Origin: a virus
Virus record (IMG/VR): IMGVR_UViG_3300042375_000684
Strand: one strand, 5' to 3'
Length of the DNA stretch: 64,000 nt
Shown piece after piece: positions 52,304 through 61,536 of this stretch (positions within the stretch are counted from its first letter, which is position 1; every line of letters begins with the position of its first letter). The notes under the pieces were generated by a model. That model had not been told where the DNA came from and did not search any database. It was given only the letters and a program-made list of their open reading frames with translations. A program made the position numbers and the translations under genes.

Positions 52304-52595
52304 CCTCGTACTCAGTTTTTAATCGTTGGATTTTTTCGTTACCACGAGTCCAAGCAGCAACACCAAGAACTGCGCCCATTGCAGCATGGAAAATACCGCC
52401 TGATAGTAAAGTCAAAGGACTCCATTGCAATGATACTACACCTGTCACACCATATACCTGCACAATACTCCAAAAGATTGGAAATACTATAAAATCGAAC
52501 AAGATAATAACCATATAAACTACGGCCATCATAGGTCGCCAATATTTTTGTAACCAGGTATCTGCTTTCATATGCTTATTTATATTGTGATTCAT
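52281..52595 (-). CDS. putative holin (2-3 TM)
   Basis: WRPMMAVVY...FDFIVFP, FHAAMGAVLG; adjacent to spanins; start may be 52571. Confidence 0.6.
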   Translation of the reverse strand: MNHNINKHMKADTWLQKYWRPMMAVVYMVIILFDFIVFPIFWSIVQVYGVTGVVSLQWSPLTLLSGGIFHAAMGAVLGVAAWTRGNEKIQRLKTEYEDVTNGRQ

Positions 52596-52920
52596 ATATA
52601 GCTATAATCTTCTTCTGTTGATCAATTAGTGCTCTCACATCAGATAAATTTAATGCTATATTTTCATATCCGCTAGTAGTCAATGCAAAGAATACAACTT
52701 CACCAGTTTTAATTTCTTTAAATTTTTCAACTGCATTTTCGGGAGTTATGATAATCCATTTAACTTCACGTAATCTAAGTTGATCTACTGTAGGAACTAC
52801 TGGTGCTGGTTTTTGTATTTCAATAGTTCTAACTTCGACCGGTTTTACTGGTTCTATTTTAGTAGATGATCCGCAAGCTGCAAGAAAAACAATAGATGAT
52901 AGCATTACATATTTTATCAC
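52576..52920 (-). CDS. putative o-spanin (outer-membrane lipoprotein)
   Basis: GTG start overlapping the i-spanin stop; lipobox LAAC; Pro-rich linker. Confidence 0.7.
   Translation of the reverse strand: MIKYVMLSSIVFLAACGSSTKIEPVKPVEVRTIEIQKPAPVVPTVDQLRLREVKWIIITPENAVEKFKEIKTGEVVFFALTTSGYENIALNLSDVRALIDQQKKIIAIYESQYK
52577..52584 (-). promoter_or_regulatory. T4-type late promoter
   Basis: TATAAATA 5 nt upstream of the ATG at 52571. Confidence 0.5.
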
Positions 52921-53390
52921 TGCTTCAACTCCAAGAATAACCAGGGACATTCCGAATTAAATTGGCGCTCAGTTGTTGCCGCCATTTCTTTTTCATTTAG
53001 CGGCGCGCCGGACATCAATTCAAAACATCTTGTTGCATTTGACGAAGCACTATTTATAGTTCTTTCTACAAGACCTGGTTTTGCTGCGGCAAGAGCGCCT
53101 AGTTCATGACGACCTAGGCGCTCTTTTAACTCGTTATTTTGTAATCGTACTATTTGAAACTCAGACTGTACTCGTGAAAAATCTTCTTGAACTTGTTGAT
53201 ATGATGCTTGTAGATTATCAATAGTTTGAACATTTTGATTATTAGCATTAGTAATAGTAAGATTATTTGCTTCAAGGGTAGCAGTATTTTCTATAAGTTG
53301 AGCAAGTTTCTTTTGAGTACTATAATAATAGGCGCCGGCAGCACTACTCATTAAAGCAACTAAAACACCTATGATAATCCACGATTGCAT
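52917..53390 (-). CDS. putative i-spanin
   Basis: single N-terminal TM, long coiled coil, C-terminal Cys pair. Confidence 0.7.
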   Translation of the reverse strand: MQSWIIIGVLVALMSSAAGAYYYSTQKKLAQLIENTATLEANNLTITNANNQNVQTIDNLQASYQQVQEDFSRVQSEFQIVRLQNNELKERLGRHELGALAAAKPGLVERTINSASSNATRCFELMSGAPLNEKEMAATTERQFNSECPWLFLELKQ

Positions 53391-53393
53391 TTA

Positions 53394-54050
53394 TTAATCT
53401 CTTGTAAGCTTCTTGATTGCTAAATCAACACCTGCAAGGCGCTTAGCTGCCTTTTCGCGTGGTGCATTAACATCTTTGTTGGTGGTTTTCATGATACTGC
53501 GCATCTTGTCTTTATCATCATAAGACATATGACGGTTCATCATACGATCCATTTCATCGGACTGTGCTTTCTTTTCACCATATTTAATAGCATTTGAGGC
53601 AGCATTATCTGCAGCTTTGCTTACATATGATGCAAGTGTTGACTTTTTAAGTTCGTCAAGTTCTTCAGCTTCTTCAGACATCTTTACTTCGCCACTGCGA
53701 CGCTTAAGGGCCATTGCACGACCGGCTGCTCTCTTCTTAAGAGTCTCGGTGTCTTTGCCGTCTTTAGACCAATCACCACCACCGACCATCATTTTGCCGG
53801 TGATGTCTCTGCCTTGCTCACCAGCCTTATTGTAATAGTTACGGACAGTGTCTTTTGAGAGTTCGTCAAGTTCTTCAGCTTCTTCTTTCATGTCTTCTTC
53901 ATCATCATCTTCATCTTCTTCATCTTCATCGTCGCTCATTTTTGCTTCAAGAGCAAGACGAATACGGCCACGAAGTTCTTCTGTAAGTGCTTCTTTTAGA
54001 TCACGAGGATTTTTATTAATTGCCTCTTGAATGATTCTTTGAATTGTCAT
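53394..54050 (-). CDS. putative internal head/core protein with ELDE linkers
   Basis: acidic run; two EEAEELDEL..Y..KA modules; N-terminus paralogous to the next gene. Confidence 0.6.
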   Translation of the reverse strand: MTIQRIIQEAINKNPRDLKEALTEELRGRIRLALEAKMSDDEDEEDEDDDEEDMKEEAEELDELSKDTVRNYYNKAGEQGRDITGKMMVGGGDWSKDGKDTETLKKRAAGRAMALKRRSGEVKMSEEAEELDELKKSTLASYVSKAADNAASNAIKYGEKKAQSDEMDRMMNRHMSYDDKDKMRSIMKTTNKDVNAPREKAAKRLAGVDLAIKKLTRD

Positions 54051-54074
54051 TTGTCTATCCTTTAGTTGTAAAAA

Positions 54075-54797
54075 TTATTTTTTCTTTGCCGCTTCTTTTG
54101 CAGCAGCCGCGGCGGCCTGAGCTCTTACTTTATCAGCCTCTTTATCCGCTTTTCTTGATGCTCTCATCATATTTTGTGCACCACTATCACGATATGAGAT
54201 TTCATCAAGTTCTATTTCTTCATTTGCCTTTTTTCTATTTGCAAATTCAGCCTTATCATATCCTTTATGATAAGCGGTTTCAGCACTATATTTGCCAGAG
54301 CGCATTCCAAAATGTGGGCCATAACCACGACCTAGTCCGTGTTTAAATGCCATTCTACCAGCTTCTTCGTGTTCACCGGTAGATTTTAGTTTGTCAACAA
54401 TTTGTCGACCTTCTGCTTCACTCAATTCAGTTTCTTCTTTCATCTTAACTGGAGATTCACTTGAAGTAAGGTGCCATTTAGCAGAGTCTTTGGCTGCTGC
54501 AAGAGATGATTCAGTACCCACTTCGTGCTTTGCAGTATTACCGCCGATCCGAACTGAGTAACCATTACTTCCCATGGAAGAAGTTTTAGTAATTCTACCT
54601 ACGGGGTTACCATTGTGGTGAATGTGATGGTCGCCAGAATCCGTTTTCTTAAATGAAACTGATTCATCAAGATTAGCTTCTTCCATCTTTGCGGCAAGTG
54701 CTTCGGCAATTCTTGCTTTTAGTTCTTCAACAAGTGCTTCTTTCATCTCTAAAGGGGCACCGTTTATTGATTCTTGGATTATCTTTTGAATTGTCAT
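54075..54797 (-). CDS. putative internal head/core protein with ELDE linkers
   Basis: MTIQKIIQE N-terminus; NLDE, ELSE, ELDE linkers. Confidence 0.6.
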   Translation of the reverse strand: MTIQKIIQESINGAPLEMKEALVEELKARIAEALAAKMEEANLDESVSFKKTDSGDHHIHHNGNPVGRITKTSSMGSNGYSVRIGGNTAKHEVGTESSLAAAKDSAKWHLTSSESPVKMKEETELSEAEGRQIVDKLKSTGEHEEAGRMAFKHGLGRGYGPHFGMRSGKYSAETAYHKGYDKAEFANRKKANEEIELDEISYRDSGAQNMMRASRKADKEADKVRAQAAAAAAKEAAKKK

Positions 54798-54798
54798 A

Positions 54799-55689
54799 TT
54801 AGGCTCCTAATAATTTTCTGATTTGTTCATTATCCATAATACCATCTGCAGTATATTTATTAGTTCTCTGCCATGATCTGACTGCTATTTCAGTCTGGAG
54901 ACCATAAACACCATCAGCACCTAGACCTAATTTAGCTTGAACCTTTTTAACAACATCACCAGTTGATTTTTTCTGGATTGTTGGATAACTTGCAGGAGCT
55001 GCCTTTTCAGTTACTACAGCGGCAGCAGGTGCAGATTTAACCGCAGGTGCTGAACTTACTGAACCACCAACAATTGCTTTTGCCTTTTTGTATCTAGCAG
55101 TTCTATCTTCAAGACCGATAGTCCCACCATTAATTTTCTTTGTCATGCCTACGATATCATCTGCATCTGCAAATTTTTCAAGACCATTCTTTTTCCAGAA
55201 CCAGCAGGCAGACTCAAGAGCACCTTTCTTTGTTCTTACATAAGCGGCAGCTTCATCGGCAGTCATACCAATGTCTTTAGCAAAGACGGAATAATTATTT
55301 CTACCGGTAAGTTGCTTTACGCCACCACCACGGAACTTCCAACCATCACCTGGTTGTGTATTGCCTAGCGCACCTTGCTTTGATCTATTTACATCCATGT
55401 AAACATAATTAGCAATTTTTTCTGGATTTCTTGCATATGCAGCTGCATCTTCCTTACCAGCACCAAAATATCTTGGAAATACCTTCAAAAGAGACTCTGT
55501 GCTATAGTTAAGATTTTCCTCAAGTGCACGAAAGTCTTGTGACTCATGCGAACACTGAGCCATAAAACTAGCTATACGTAATGGTGTAGTTATATTATAC
55601 TTTTCAAAAAAGTCAACTGCTATATCATACCACTCAGCTGCTTCTTTATTTGATGGGATCATTTGTTGAAATTGTGAAGTTGTAATCAT
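54799..55689 (-). CDS. GH19 (chitinase-like) endolysin with C-terminal peptidoglycan-binding domain
   Basis: FMAQCSHES, EENLNYS, GDGWKFRGGG..QLTGR.NY, INGG..GLEDR; VQAKLG..ADG.YG tail. Confidence 0.9.
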   Translation of the reverse strand: MITTSQFQQMIPSNKEAAEWYDIAVDFFEKYNITTPLRIASFMAQCSHESQDFRALEENLNYSTESLLKVFPRYFGAGKEDAAAYARNPEKIANYVYMDVNRSKQGALGNTQPGDGWKFRGGGVKQLTGRNNYSVFAKDIGMTADEAAAYVRTKKGALESACWFWKKNGLEKFADADDIVGMTKKINGGTIGLEDRTARYKKAKAIVGGSVSSAPAVKSAPAAAVVTEKAAPASYPTIQKKSTGDVVKKVQAKLGLGADGVYGLQTEIAVRSWQRTNKYTADGIMDNEQIRKLLGA

Positions 55690-56396
55690 TGTACTGCCAT
55701 TGTCCTTATATGTTTATTATATCTTTTCTTTGGGCGATAACCACTGACTGCGGTGTCGCCGGTTCCAGGTTCACCAACTACTGTATCAGATACTTTAATA
55801 TCGGGCACCGTTAAATCATCTTTTAGAAAATCTGAAAATGTTTTTCTACGCTTTAAGGGATCTGAATTAAAAGTTGCAGCTGCTCTTGTTCTATGCTTTT
55901 TCTGTTGAGCACGAGTTAAACCAGGTTCACCCTGTGGTCCAACACCAATACCTGCAATAGCACCAGAGCCAACTGACATACCAATTGCTCCATCTTCCTT
56001 TATTTTTTTGTTGACATCTTCTGAAAGTATGGTATAATTGATATACATATCATAAAATAAATCTATTGATTCATCCAATACATCTTCCGATATATCCTCA
56101 TTGAGAGTAGAGGAATCAGAAAATTCGTTCCATTCACGGATTAACCAGAGTGCAGCCGCATATGATGCAACTTTAGATGAACCACCTGGTACTTTTGCAA
56201 GTAGTTTTTTCAATTTTAAAATCATAAGATCATATGTACGCAGGGAGTCTTTTTCTTCCTGGGTTTTTCGTTGATCTTTTTTCTTAAGAATATTCCCATC
56301 GGTATCAATAATACCTAGTTTATAGGCACTCCAATCCTCAAAGGGTGTTGTTAGTCTTCTTAAGAATTGATAGACAAGATATAGATCTACTAACAA
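55686..56396 (-). CDS. conserved T4-like virion-associated hypothetical protein
   Basis: LTTPFEDWSAYKLGIID.DGN motif; LNE/LDE/LSE sites. Confidence 0.65.
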   Translation of the reverse strand: MLVDLYLVYQFLRRLTTPFEDWSAYKLGIIDTDGNILKKKDQRKTQEEKDSLRTYDLMILKLKKLLAKVPGGSSKVASYAAALWLIREWNEFSDSSTLNEDISEDVLDESIDLFYDMYINYTILSEDVNKKIKEDGAIGMSVGSGAIAGIGVGPQGEPGLTRAQQKKHRTRAAATFNSDPLKRRKTFSDFLKDDLTVPDIKVSDTVVGEPGTGDTAVSGYRPKKRYNKHIRTMAVQ

Positions 56397-56410
56397 ATCA
56401 GTATTCCTTA

Positions 56411-57007
56411 TTATTTAGTAAGACGATTAACAGCACGATTAATCCCAGTTTTTCGATTTAATCTCATTTTATTGAGTTTCTTGTATTCTGGGCTTTTCAT
56501 ATCGGAGGTATGACCAATATCTCTTTGAATATGAGTAAGATCATCTGCTGATTTCTTGACATATGAACCAAGAGTTTTCTTGTCCAGTTCATCAATCTGT
56601 TCTACTTCTTCATAATTCATTTTAGACATCATGCGCTTCTCACCTTCTGCATATGCGTGTAGAGTTTGCATTTGGTCGTGTATGGATGCAAGTTTATTCT
56701 GATACCATTCTTCAGGGTCTGAACCCATGTCAAGGTATTCCATGATTTCCTCTGCTGCGTATGCAATGAATTGAAGTTGACGCATCATCATTGGAACTTC
56801 TTCCCATGCATTTTCATCAAGATCAGTTTCTTCGTTTTTCTCGATACCCTTAGCAATCTTATGAGCTTTTCTAATTGTGCTCTTTTCAAGCGGTGGTTCG
56901 TCACCAGTGGCCTTCATAGCAGCAGCCATACCTATTGCATATGGATTTGTCGCTTTTTCTTCGAGCTGTTCTATCATCATTGAGATAACTAAATCTTTCA
57001 TCGACAT
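56411..57007 (-). CDS. putative internal head protein, modular
   Basis: NPYAIGMAAA module, EETDLDE linker, helical module, EQIDEL..Y..K module. Confidence 0.6.
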   Translation of the reverse strand: MSMKDLVISMMIEQLEEKATNPYAIGMAAAMKATGDEPPLEKSTIRKAHKIAKGIEKNEETDLDENAWEEVPMMMRQLQFIAYAAEEIMEYLDMGSDPEEWYQNKLASIHDQMQTLHAYAEGEKRMMSKMNYEEVEQIDELDKKTLGSYVKKSADDLTHIQRDIGHTSDMKSPEYKKLNKMRLNRKTGINRAVNRLTK

Positions 57008-57382
57008 TTATATTTCTCCTAGTTTTTCGGTTATTATAGGGTCAGAATTAATCTTATTAGCATATATAATTTTGCCATCATATTCTATATAATCTGGCAT
57101 AAAATTTAAATAGTCTACAAATGGTTTTAAATAGTCTTGATAATCACTTAGTTTCATAAAAAGCATATTAGTTGCTTCTGTTCCGAAACAATTATATATG
57201 ATAATAAGATGATTGAGAATCAACCTCTCTTTCAAATCCCCAAATTGTTTGTATCGACCAAAAAGTTTTCGTAGATATTGAAACCTTTTCATGTCTTCTT
57301 CAAATTCAGTAATATCATAACAATGTGGGTTATCATAATGCTTTGCAGCATATAATAGAAAAGTTGATTCCCCTAGTTTCAT
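57008..57382 (-). CDS. conserved T4-like hypothetical protein
   Basis: YAAKHYDNP, EDMKRFQY, ERLILNHLII motifs. Confidence 0.7.
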   Translation of the reverse strand: MKLGESTFLLYAAKHYDNPHCYDITEFEEDMKRFQYLRKLFGRYKQFGDLKERLILNHLIIIYNCFGTEATNMLFMKLSDYQDYLKPFVDYLNFMPDYIEYDGKIIYANKINSDPIITEKLGEI

Positions 57383-57388
57383 TCCAGA

Positions 57389-58015
57389 TTATGATGAAGT
57401 TACAGTTAGAATTGCTGTAGATGATGTTATAATCTGAGAAGTATTAGTTGGTGCTGAAACAAGTACACGATACTTGTCGCCATTTGTTGCACCAGCTCCT
57501 GGAGCTACTGCAGTTGCACCTGTGGTATAACTAGCAGTTGTTCCGCCGCTACCTGTGGATACGTTGGTCCAAGTAGTACCAGATTCAGTGGATTGCTGTA
57601 CTTGCCACTGATAGGTAATTGTGGTTGAAGGTGTTGCTGTTGCTGTAACAGAGAATGTTCCAGTAGCAGGCGCGACTCTAGAAATACTTGCAGGTTGTAC
57701 TGTAATTGCAAGCAATGTATCTGGAACAGTAAGATCTTCTGTTGCAGTATTATTAGTAATACCAACGTCAGTTGCATCAGCAGCAGATACTTTCATTGGA
57801 ATAAGTGGTTCTACGCGAAGTCTTCCATTACCAATATCTTGAACTAGGTTCCAACCTGGTGTCTTGATACCTTTTGCTCTATTTGTCTCTACTGCAGCTT
57901 CTGTAGTATCTACAAAGAATGCATTATCAACATCAGTTTGTGGTGATGCTCCGGAAGCACTGGTTAGATACTTTGGTGCTGATGCAGCAGTATCAGTTTT
58001 TCCCCATAGTGGCAT
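57389..58015 (-). CDS. virion structural protein with Ig-like domain
   Basis: MPLWG N-terminus; ITVQP...FSVTA...TYQWQ...YRVLVS Ig-like fold. Confidence 0.75.
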   Translation of the reverse strand: MPLWGKTDTAASAPKYLTSASGASPQTDVDNAFFVDTTEAAVETNRAKGIKTPGWNLVQDIGNGRLRVEPLIPMKVSAADATDVGITNNTATEDLTVPDTLLAITVQPASISRVAPATGTFSVTATATPSTTITYQWQVQQSTESGTTWTNVSTGSGGTTASYTTGATAVAPGAGATNGDKYRVLVSAPTNTSQIITSSTAILTVTSS

Positions 58016-58119
58016 TTTTAGTCTCCTTTTTAATTTCTTCTTTTGTTAATTCAAGTCTGGTAAGTTCATTAATATGATACGGATCAAAGTTATTAATTAT
58101 GTCTTGTAATAAAGTACCA

Positions 58120-59148
58120 TTAAATAATTTCTTCATTTGTAGCACCAACTTTAACATACATCTTACGCTTAGGTGCTTGGCCAAACTTATATGGTTGTTC
58201 AACACGACCTTTTAATTTAGCATCGGCAGTGGCGCCACCAATCATACGTCCACGGAATTTTTCACGTGTAGAATACTTTGGATTTGCTTCGCGCTCTGCA
58301 GCTGATTTGTCTAGATAACTTTTTGCAAGTTTCTTTGAAATTTCATCAAGTTCAACTTCTTCTTTTAGTGCATTTGCTTTATCACTTAGTTTTTCAGCAT
58401 ATGCGCCAAGTTCTCTTGCGGGATTTATGTAATATGCAATATCTTTTGTACCATGTGATAACTGAGCATGTGCAATTTTATGTCTTTCAGCTGCTTCTTT
58501 ATGTGCGGCTGCAGCGGCAGAATGTGCTCTTACATATTCAGGTGCACCCTTTGTTGATTTTTTATCATGAATCTCCATGGTGTCTTTATGAAATTCAACT
58601 GCATTCTTAAGAGCGGGAATAGCTCTTTTTACATAAGCAGCATCATATGTTTCATCAAGTTCAACTTCTTCTTTTTTGACAGCAGACATGACTTTAGAAA
58701 TATTCTTTGCTAAAACTGCTGCATTATGCCCAGGTTTTGGTTTTTTAGCCTCATCAAGTTCTTCATTCTTATTTTTCCAAAACTGGTGATGTCTAGCAGC
58801 TGCTTCAAGTGCGTGCTTAGGATTAGCATGACCATACTTACTTGAAACAGACATATCTTTGGACGATGATGGACCCTTATCTCTTTCGAAGTGAATACCA
58901 TATTTAGTTGCATCAGTCCTACTAGTAACAATTCTAGCACCAGGTTTTCTTTTTTCATTATATGCGGAATATGGTTCCACTGTTCCAATTTTTTCACCAT
59001 TATGATGAATTTCGTGAACAAATTTTCCTTCTGGGTGCTTTGATGTAGGCATTTTCTCTTTTGTTTTTACAAGCGAATAATCACCTGATGTAATAGCAGC
59101 CTCATCAAGTTCTATATTTTCTAAAAAGAATTTTTTAAAACTCTTCAT
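58120..59148 (-). CDS. putative internal head polyprotein
   Basis: MKSFKKFFLE N-terminus; four ELDE linkers separating distinct modules. Confidence 0.65.
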   Translation of the reverse strand: MKSFKKFFLENIELDEAAITSGDYSLVKTKEKMPTSKHPEGKFVHEIHHNGEKIGTVEPYSAYNEKRKPGARIVTSRTDATKYGIHFERDKGPSSSKDMSVSSKYGHANPKHALEAAARHHQFWKNKNEELDEAKKPKPGHNAAVLAKNISKVMSAVKKEEVELDETYDAAYVKRAIPALKNAVEFHKDTMEIHDKKSTKGAPEYVRAHSAAAAAHKEAAERHKIAHAQLSHGTKDIAYYINPARELGAYAEKLSDKANALKEEVELDEISKKLAKSYLDKSAAEREANPKYSTREKFRGRMIGGATADAKLKGRVEQPYKFGQAPKRKMYVKVGATNEEII

Positions 59149-59410
59149 TTATTTTAATCCTTAATTTAGTTTTACCAGGTATAATTCTATGATAGACCAT
59201 TTTTGGTATTTCAATAATATTATTTCTATTTATAAAGAATGGTAGTTCATTATCAAATTGGAATTGCCAATCATCACCTTCAAGTATTTGTACTTTTCTA
59301 GTATTTAAATCTCTGTGCCAGACATATTCTTCAGATTCTGTTAGTTCAGGATTAAATTCTCGGATCCATTCTGTATCTGATATTCTTGTATCTGTATATG
59401 GTTCATTCAC
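59135..59410 (-). CDS. small cupin-like hypothetical protein
   Basis: GTG start with GGAG RBS; YVWHRD, YHRII motifs. Confidence 0.55.
   Translation of the reverse strand: MNEPYTDTRISDTEWIREFNPELTESEEYVWHRDLNTRKVQILEGDDWQFQFDNELPFFINRNNIIEIPKMVYHRIIPGKTKLRIKINEEF
59227..59234 (-). promoter_or_regulatory. T4-type late promoter
   Basis: TATAAATA about 80 nt upstream of the 59148 start. Confidence 0.55.
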
Positions 59411-59463
59411 GTTTTCAACTCCACATATTAAACTTATAGTCCATTCTATAAAATCCTCTTGGC

Positions 59464-60009
59464 TTACCAAAAGAATGAGCCACCTCCAGAAAGACCTAGT
59501 GCTTTGGCATACATTGGCGTTCTGCAAGCCCAGTACCCAGGCGCGGTTTTATCTGTTTTAGTAGAGCATTGATGTCTAGCAGCAAATGATTTTCTGGCCG
59601 CAGGGTCATTAATCTTGACACTGAGACCTGTTGTATCACCCCATTGAACCTTTTTTACATTACCAGATGATGGATCTTTGACATAGACATAGAACTTCTT
59701 TTCACCGCCACGTTTTGGCTTGCCTAGTTCTACTTCACTACCTTTGTACTCTGCTTCCTGTAATGGGAAGTCTAGCGGAACAGTTTCACCTTCATATACA
59801 TCAAAATCTCCAATATCAGTTTCAAGTAGGTCCTTTTCAAACCAATCTTTTGGTTCATAAGCACCTTCATTATATAGTCTCTTTGCTTCCATAAAGAGCT
59901 TGTTGCTCATTTCAGAGTGAGGACGAAATACATTTTCATAGAAAGGTACTTCATTCTCAACATGATAGGAGATTGCTCTATTGAGAGTGTGTTCCGCTAG
60001 AGTTTTCAT
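59464..60009 (-). CDS. conserved phage hypothetical protein
   Basis: KFYVYVKDP..GNVKKV.WGD, ARKSFAARHQC, YWACR motifs. Confidence 0.7.
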   Translation of the reverse strand: MKTLAEHTLNRAISYHVENEVPFYENVFRPHSEMSNKLFMEAKRLYNEGAYEPKDWFEKDLLETDIGDFDVYEGETVPLDFPLQEAEYKGSEVELGKPKRGGEKKFYVYVKDPSSGNVKKVQWGDTTGLSVKINDPAARKSFAARHQCSTKTDKTAPGYWACRTPMYAKALGLSGGGSFFW

Positions 60010-60018
60010 TTTACATCC

Positions 60019-61332
60019 TTACTTAGATCTTGGACCAATTTGTTTTTGCTTAAGGTAGGCGCCGACTCTTTGTGCTTGAGTCTGTGGTTTACTTGGAGCT
60101 CCAAAGTTTGCTTTCATGTGATCTGCTACTGCCTTTGTAATTCTATGGGCAGCACCAATAGAAATACCGGCAACAGTTTCAAGATCGTCTTTTGTTTTTG
60201 TTCCAAAGTTTTTTGCTTTATGTAGATGATCTACGATCTTATCGTGTTTTGGATCATCTTTAGGTACAAAAGTGTGTACTACATCTGAAATATTCTCGCG
60301 GTGGACTGGATCATTATAGCCTTCAGCAACTTCTTCTTTCACTGGGCCCTTATATGGTGAGAGGTGCTCATGTTTTGCTCTAACAGTGGTTGTATCATAT
60401 TTGTTTTTAGGACTTGGGTGTAGTAAGTTCACGCTTCCAGTTCTAGCATAAGTAACTGTATGACGTTCACCAGCGTGCGGCCCAGCATGAACTATTACTT
60501 GATCACCTTCTTTGAACTTAATATTATGCTTAGGAACTGTTCCTCTTGCTGGAGTAGGTAAAGTATCACCAACTGGAGCCTTTTGAAATTTTTGGTTCCA
60601 TGGGTTTTCAGAGAGTTGTTCAACTTCTTCAGCAACTTCTTCTTTACCAGATGCTTTATCACGGAACATCTTTTGAAGTGTTGCTTTTGCTACGCGCTCA
60701 ATACCTCTAATCATGTCAGGGTTCTTGACTACTTTTCTAAGATTGTTCTTAATCTGTGAGGGATTGTCACCTTTGACATACATCTTTGGAAGACCTTCAA
60801 CGTCTACTTCGTAGTCTGTTTCTTCATTCTTATAAGTTGGACTCTTATAGCCAGCTTCAGAATACCCTGGCCATTTCTTTCCTACATTTTTAGCTTTCCA
60901 TGTATCTCTAAAGAATTTTTGACTAGCATATTCACGATCAGATTGATCTGCAGAAGCTGCTCTATGTATCTTACCTTGTGGACCAAGTAACGGTGCTTCA
61001 TCAAGTTCAGTTTCTTCACCATACATAGAAGGATATTCAAAGCCAACATACATTGGTTCTTCTTCATCATATTCATCGGAATCAGTATCCATCATATCAT
61101 CTTCCATTTCGTCTGCACTCATACTAGTGTAGACTGATGCAAGCTCTTCCTTTGCTTTCACAATTGCACTAATCTGCCAGCGCTGGATCATTGCTCCATC
61201 TTCTAGTCGCTCAAGGATATTGCTTGCTGCATAGCAAGCAATCTTCAATTCACTGATAGTCATTTCATCGGCTGGATACATTTCGCCGCCTTCATTAAAT
61301 AGTTCTTCTGTGAGTTCTTTAAATCTCTTCAT
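60019..61332 (-). CDS. putative internal head polyprotein
   Basis: MKRFKELTEE N-terminus; EETELDE, EEVAEE, QLSE linkers; includes a KOW-like module FKEGDQV..HAGPHAG. Confidence 0.6.
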   Translation of the reverse strand: MKRFKELTEELFNEGGEMYPADEMTISELKIACYAASNILERLEDGAMIQRWQISAIVKAKEELASVYTSMSADEMEDDMMDTDSDEYDEEEPMYVGFEYPSMYGEETELDEAPLLGPQGKIHRAASADQSDREYASQKFFRDTWKAKNVGKKWPGYSEAGYKSPTYKNEETDYEVDVEGLPKMYVKGDNPSQIKNNLRKVVKNPDMIRGIERVAKATLQKMFRDKASGKEEVAEEVEQLSENPWNQKFQKAPVGDTLPTPARGTVPKHNIKFKEGDQVIVHAGPHAGERHTVTYARTGSVNLLHPSPKNKYDTTTVRAKHEHLSPYKGPVKEEVAEGYNDPVHRENISDVVHTFVPKDDPKHDKIVDHLHKAKNFGTKTKDDLETVAGISIGAAHRITKAVADHMKANFGAPSKPQTQAQRVGAYLKQKQIGPRSK

Positions 61333-61333
61333 T

Positions 61334-61534
61334 TTATCCTCTGTGTTTAAAATATTGTATTCTACGTTCTACTTTATTGAACCATTCTTTGGAAGGTTTT
61401 CCATCACCTTGATAATACTGTAAAACTTTAGAAGGATCGGATTTGCTTACAACAGCCCATTTTGTTTCGCCTTCAGGTGTTTTAACTTGTTTAAGCATTT
61501 CATCTAATGCTAAAAATGATTTAAACGAGATCAT
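61334..61534 (-). CDS. small putative head-packaged protein
   Basis: MISFKSFLALDE N-terminus. Confidence 0.55.
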   Translation of the reverse strand: MISFKSFLALDEMLKQVKTPEGETKWAVVSKSDPSKVLQYYQGDGKPSKEWFNKVERRIQYFKHRG

Positions 61535-61536
61535 CC

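Noticed and set aside
57993-58205. 70-aa minus ORF bridging two genes
   Set aside because: It overlaps both neighbours and has no credible start or RBS; probably untranslated leader sequence.
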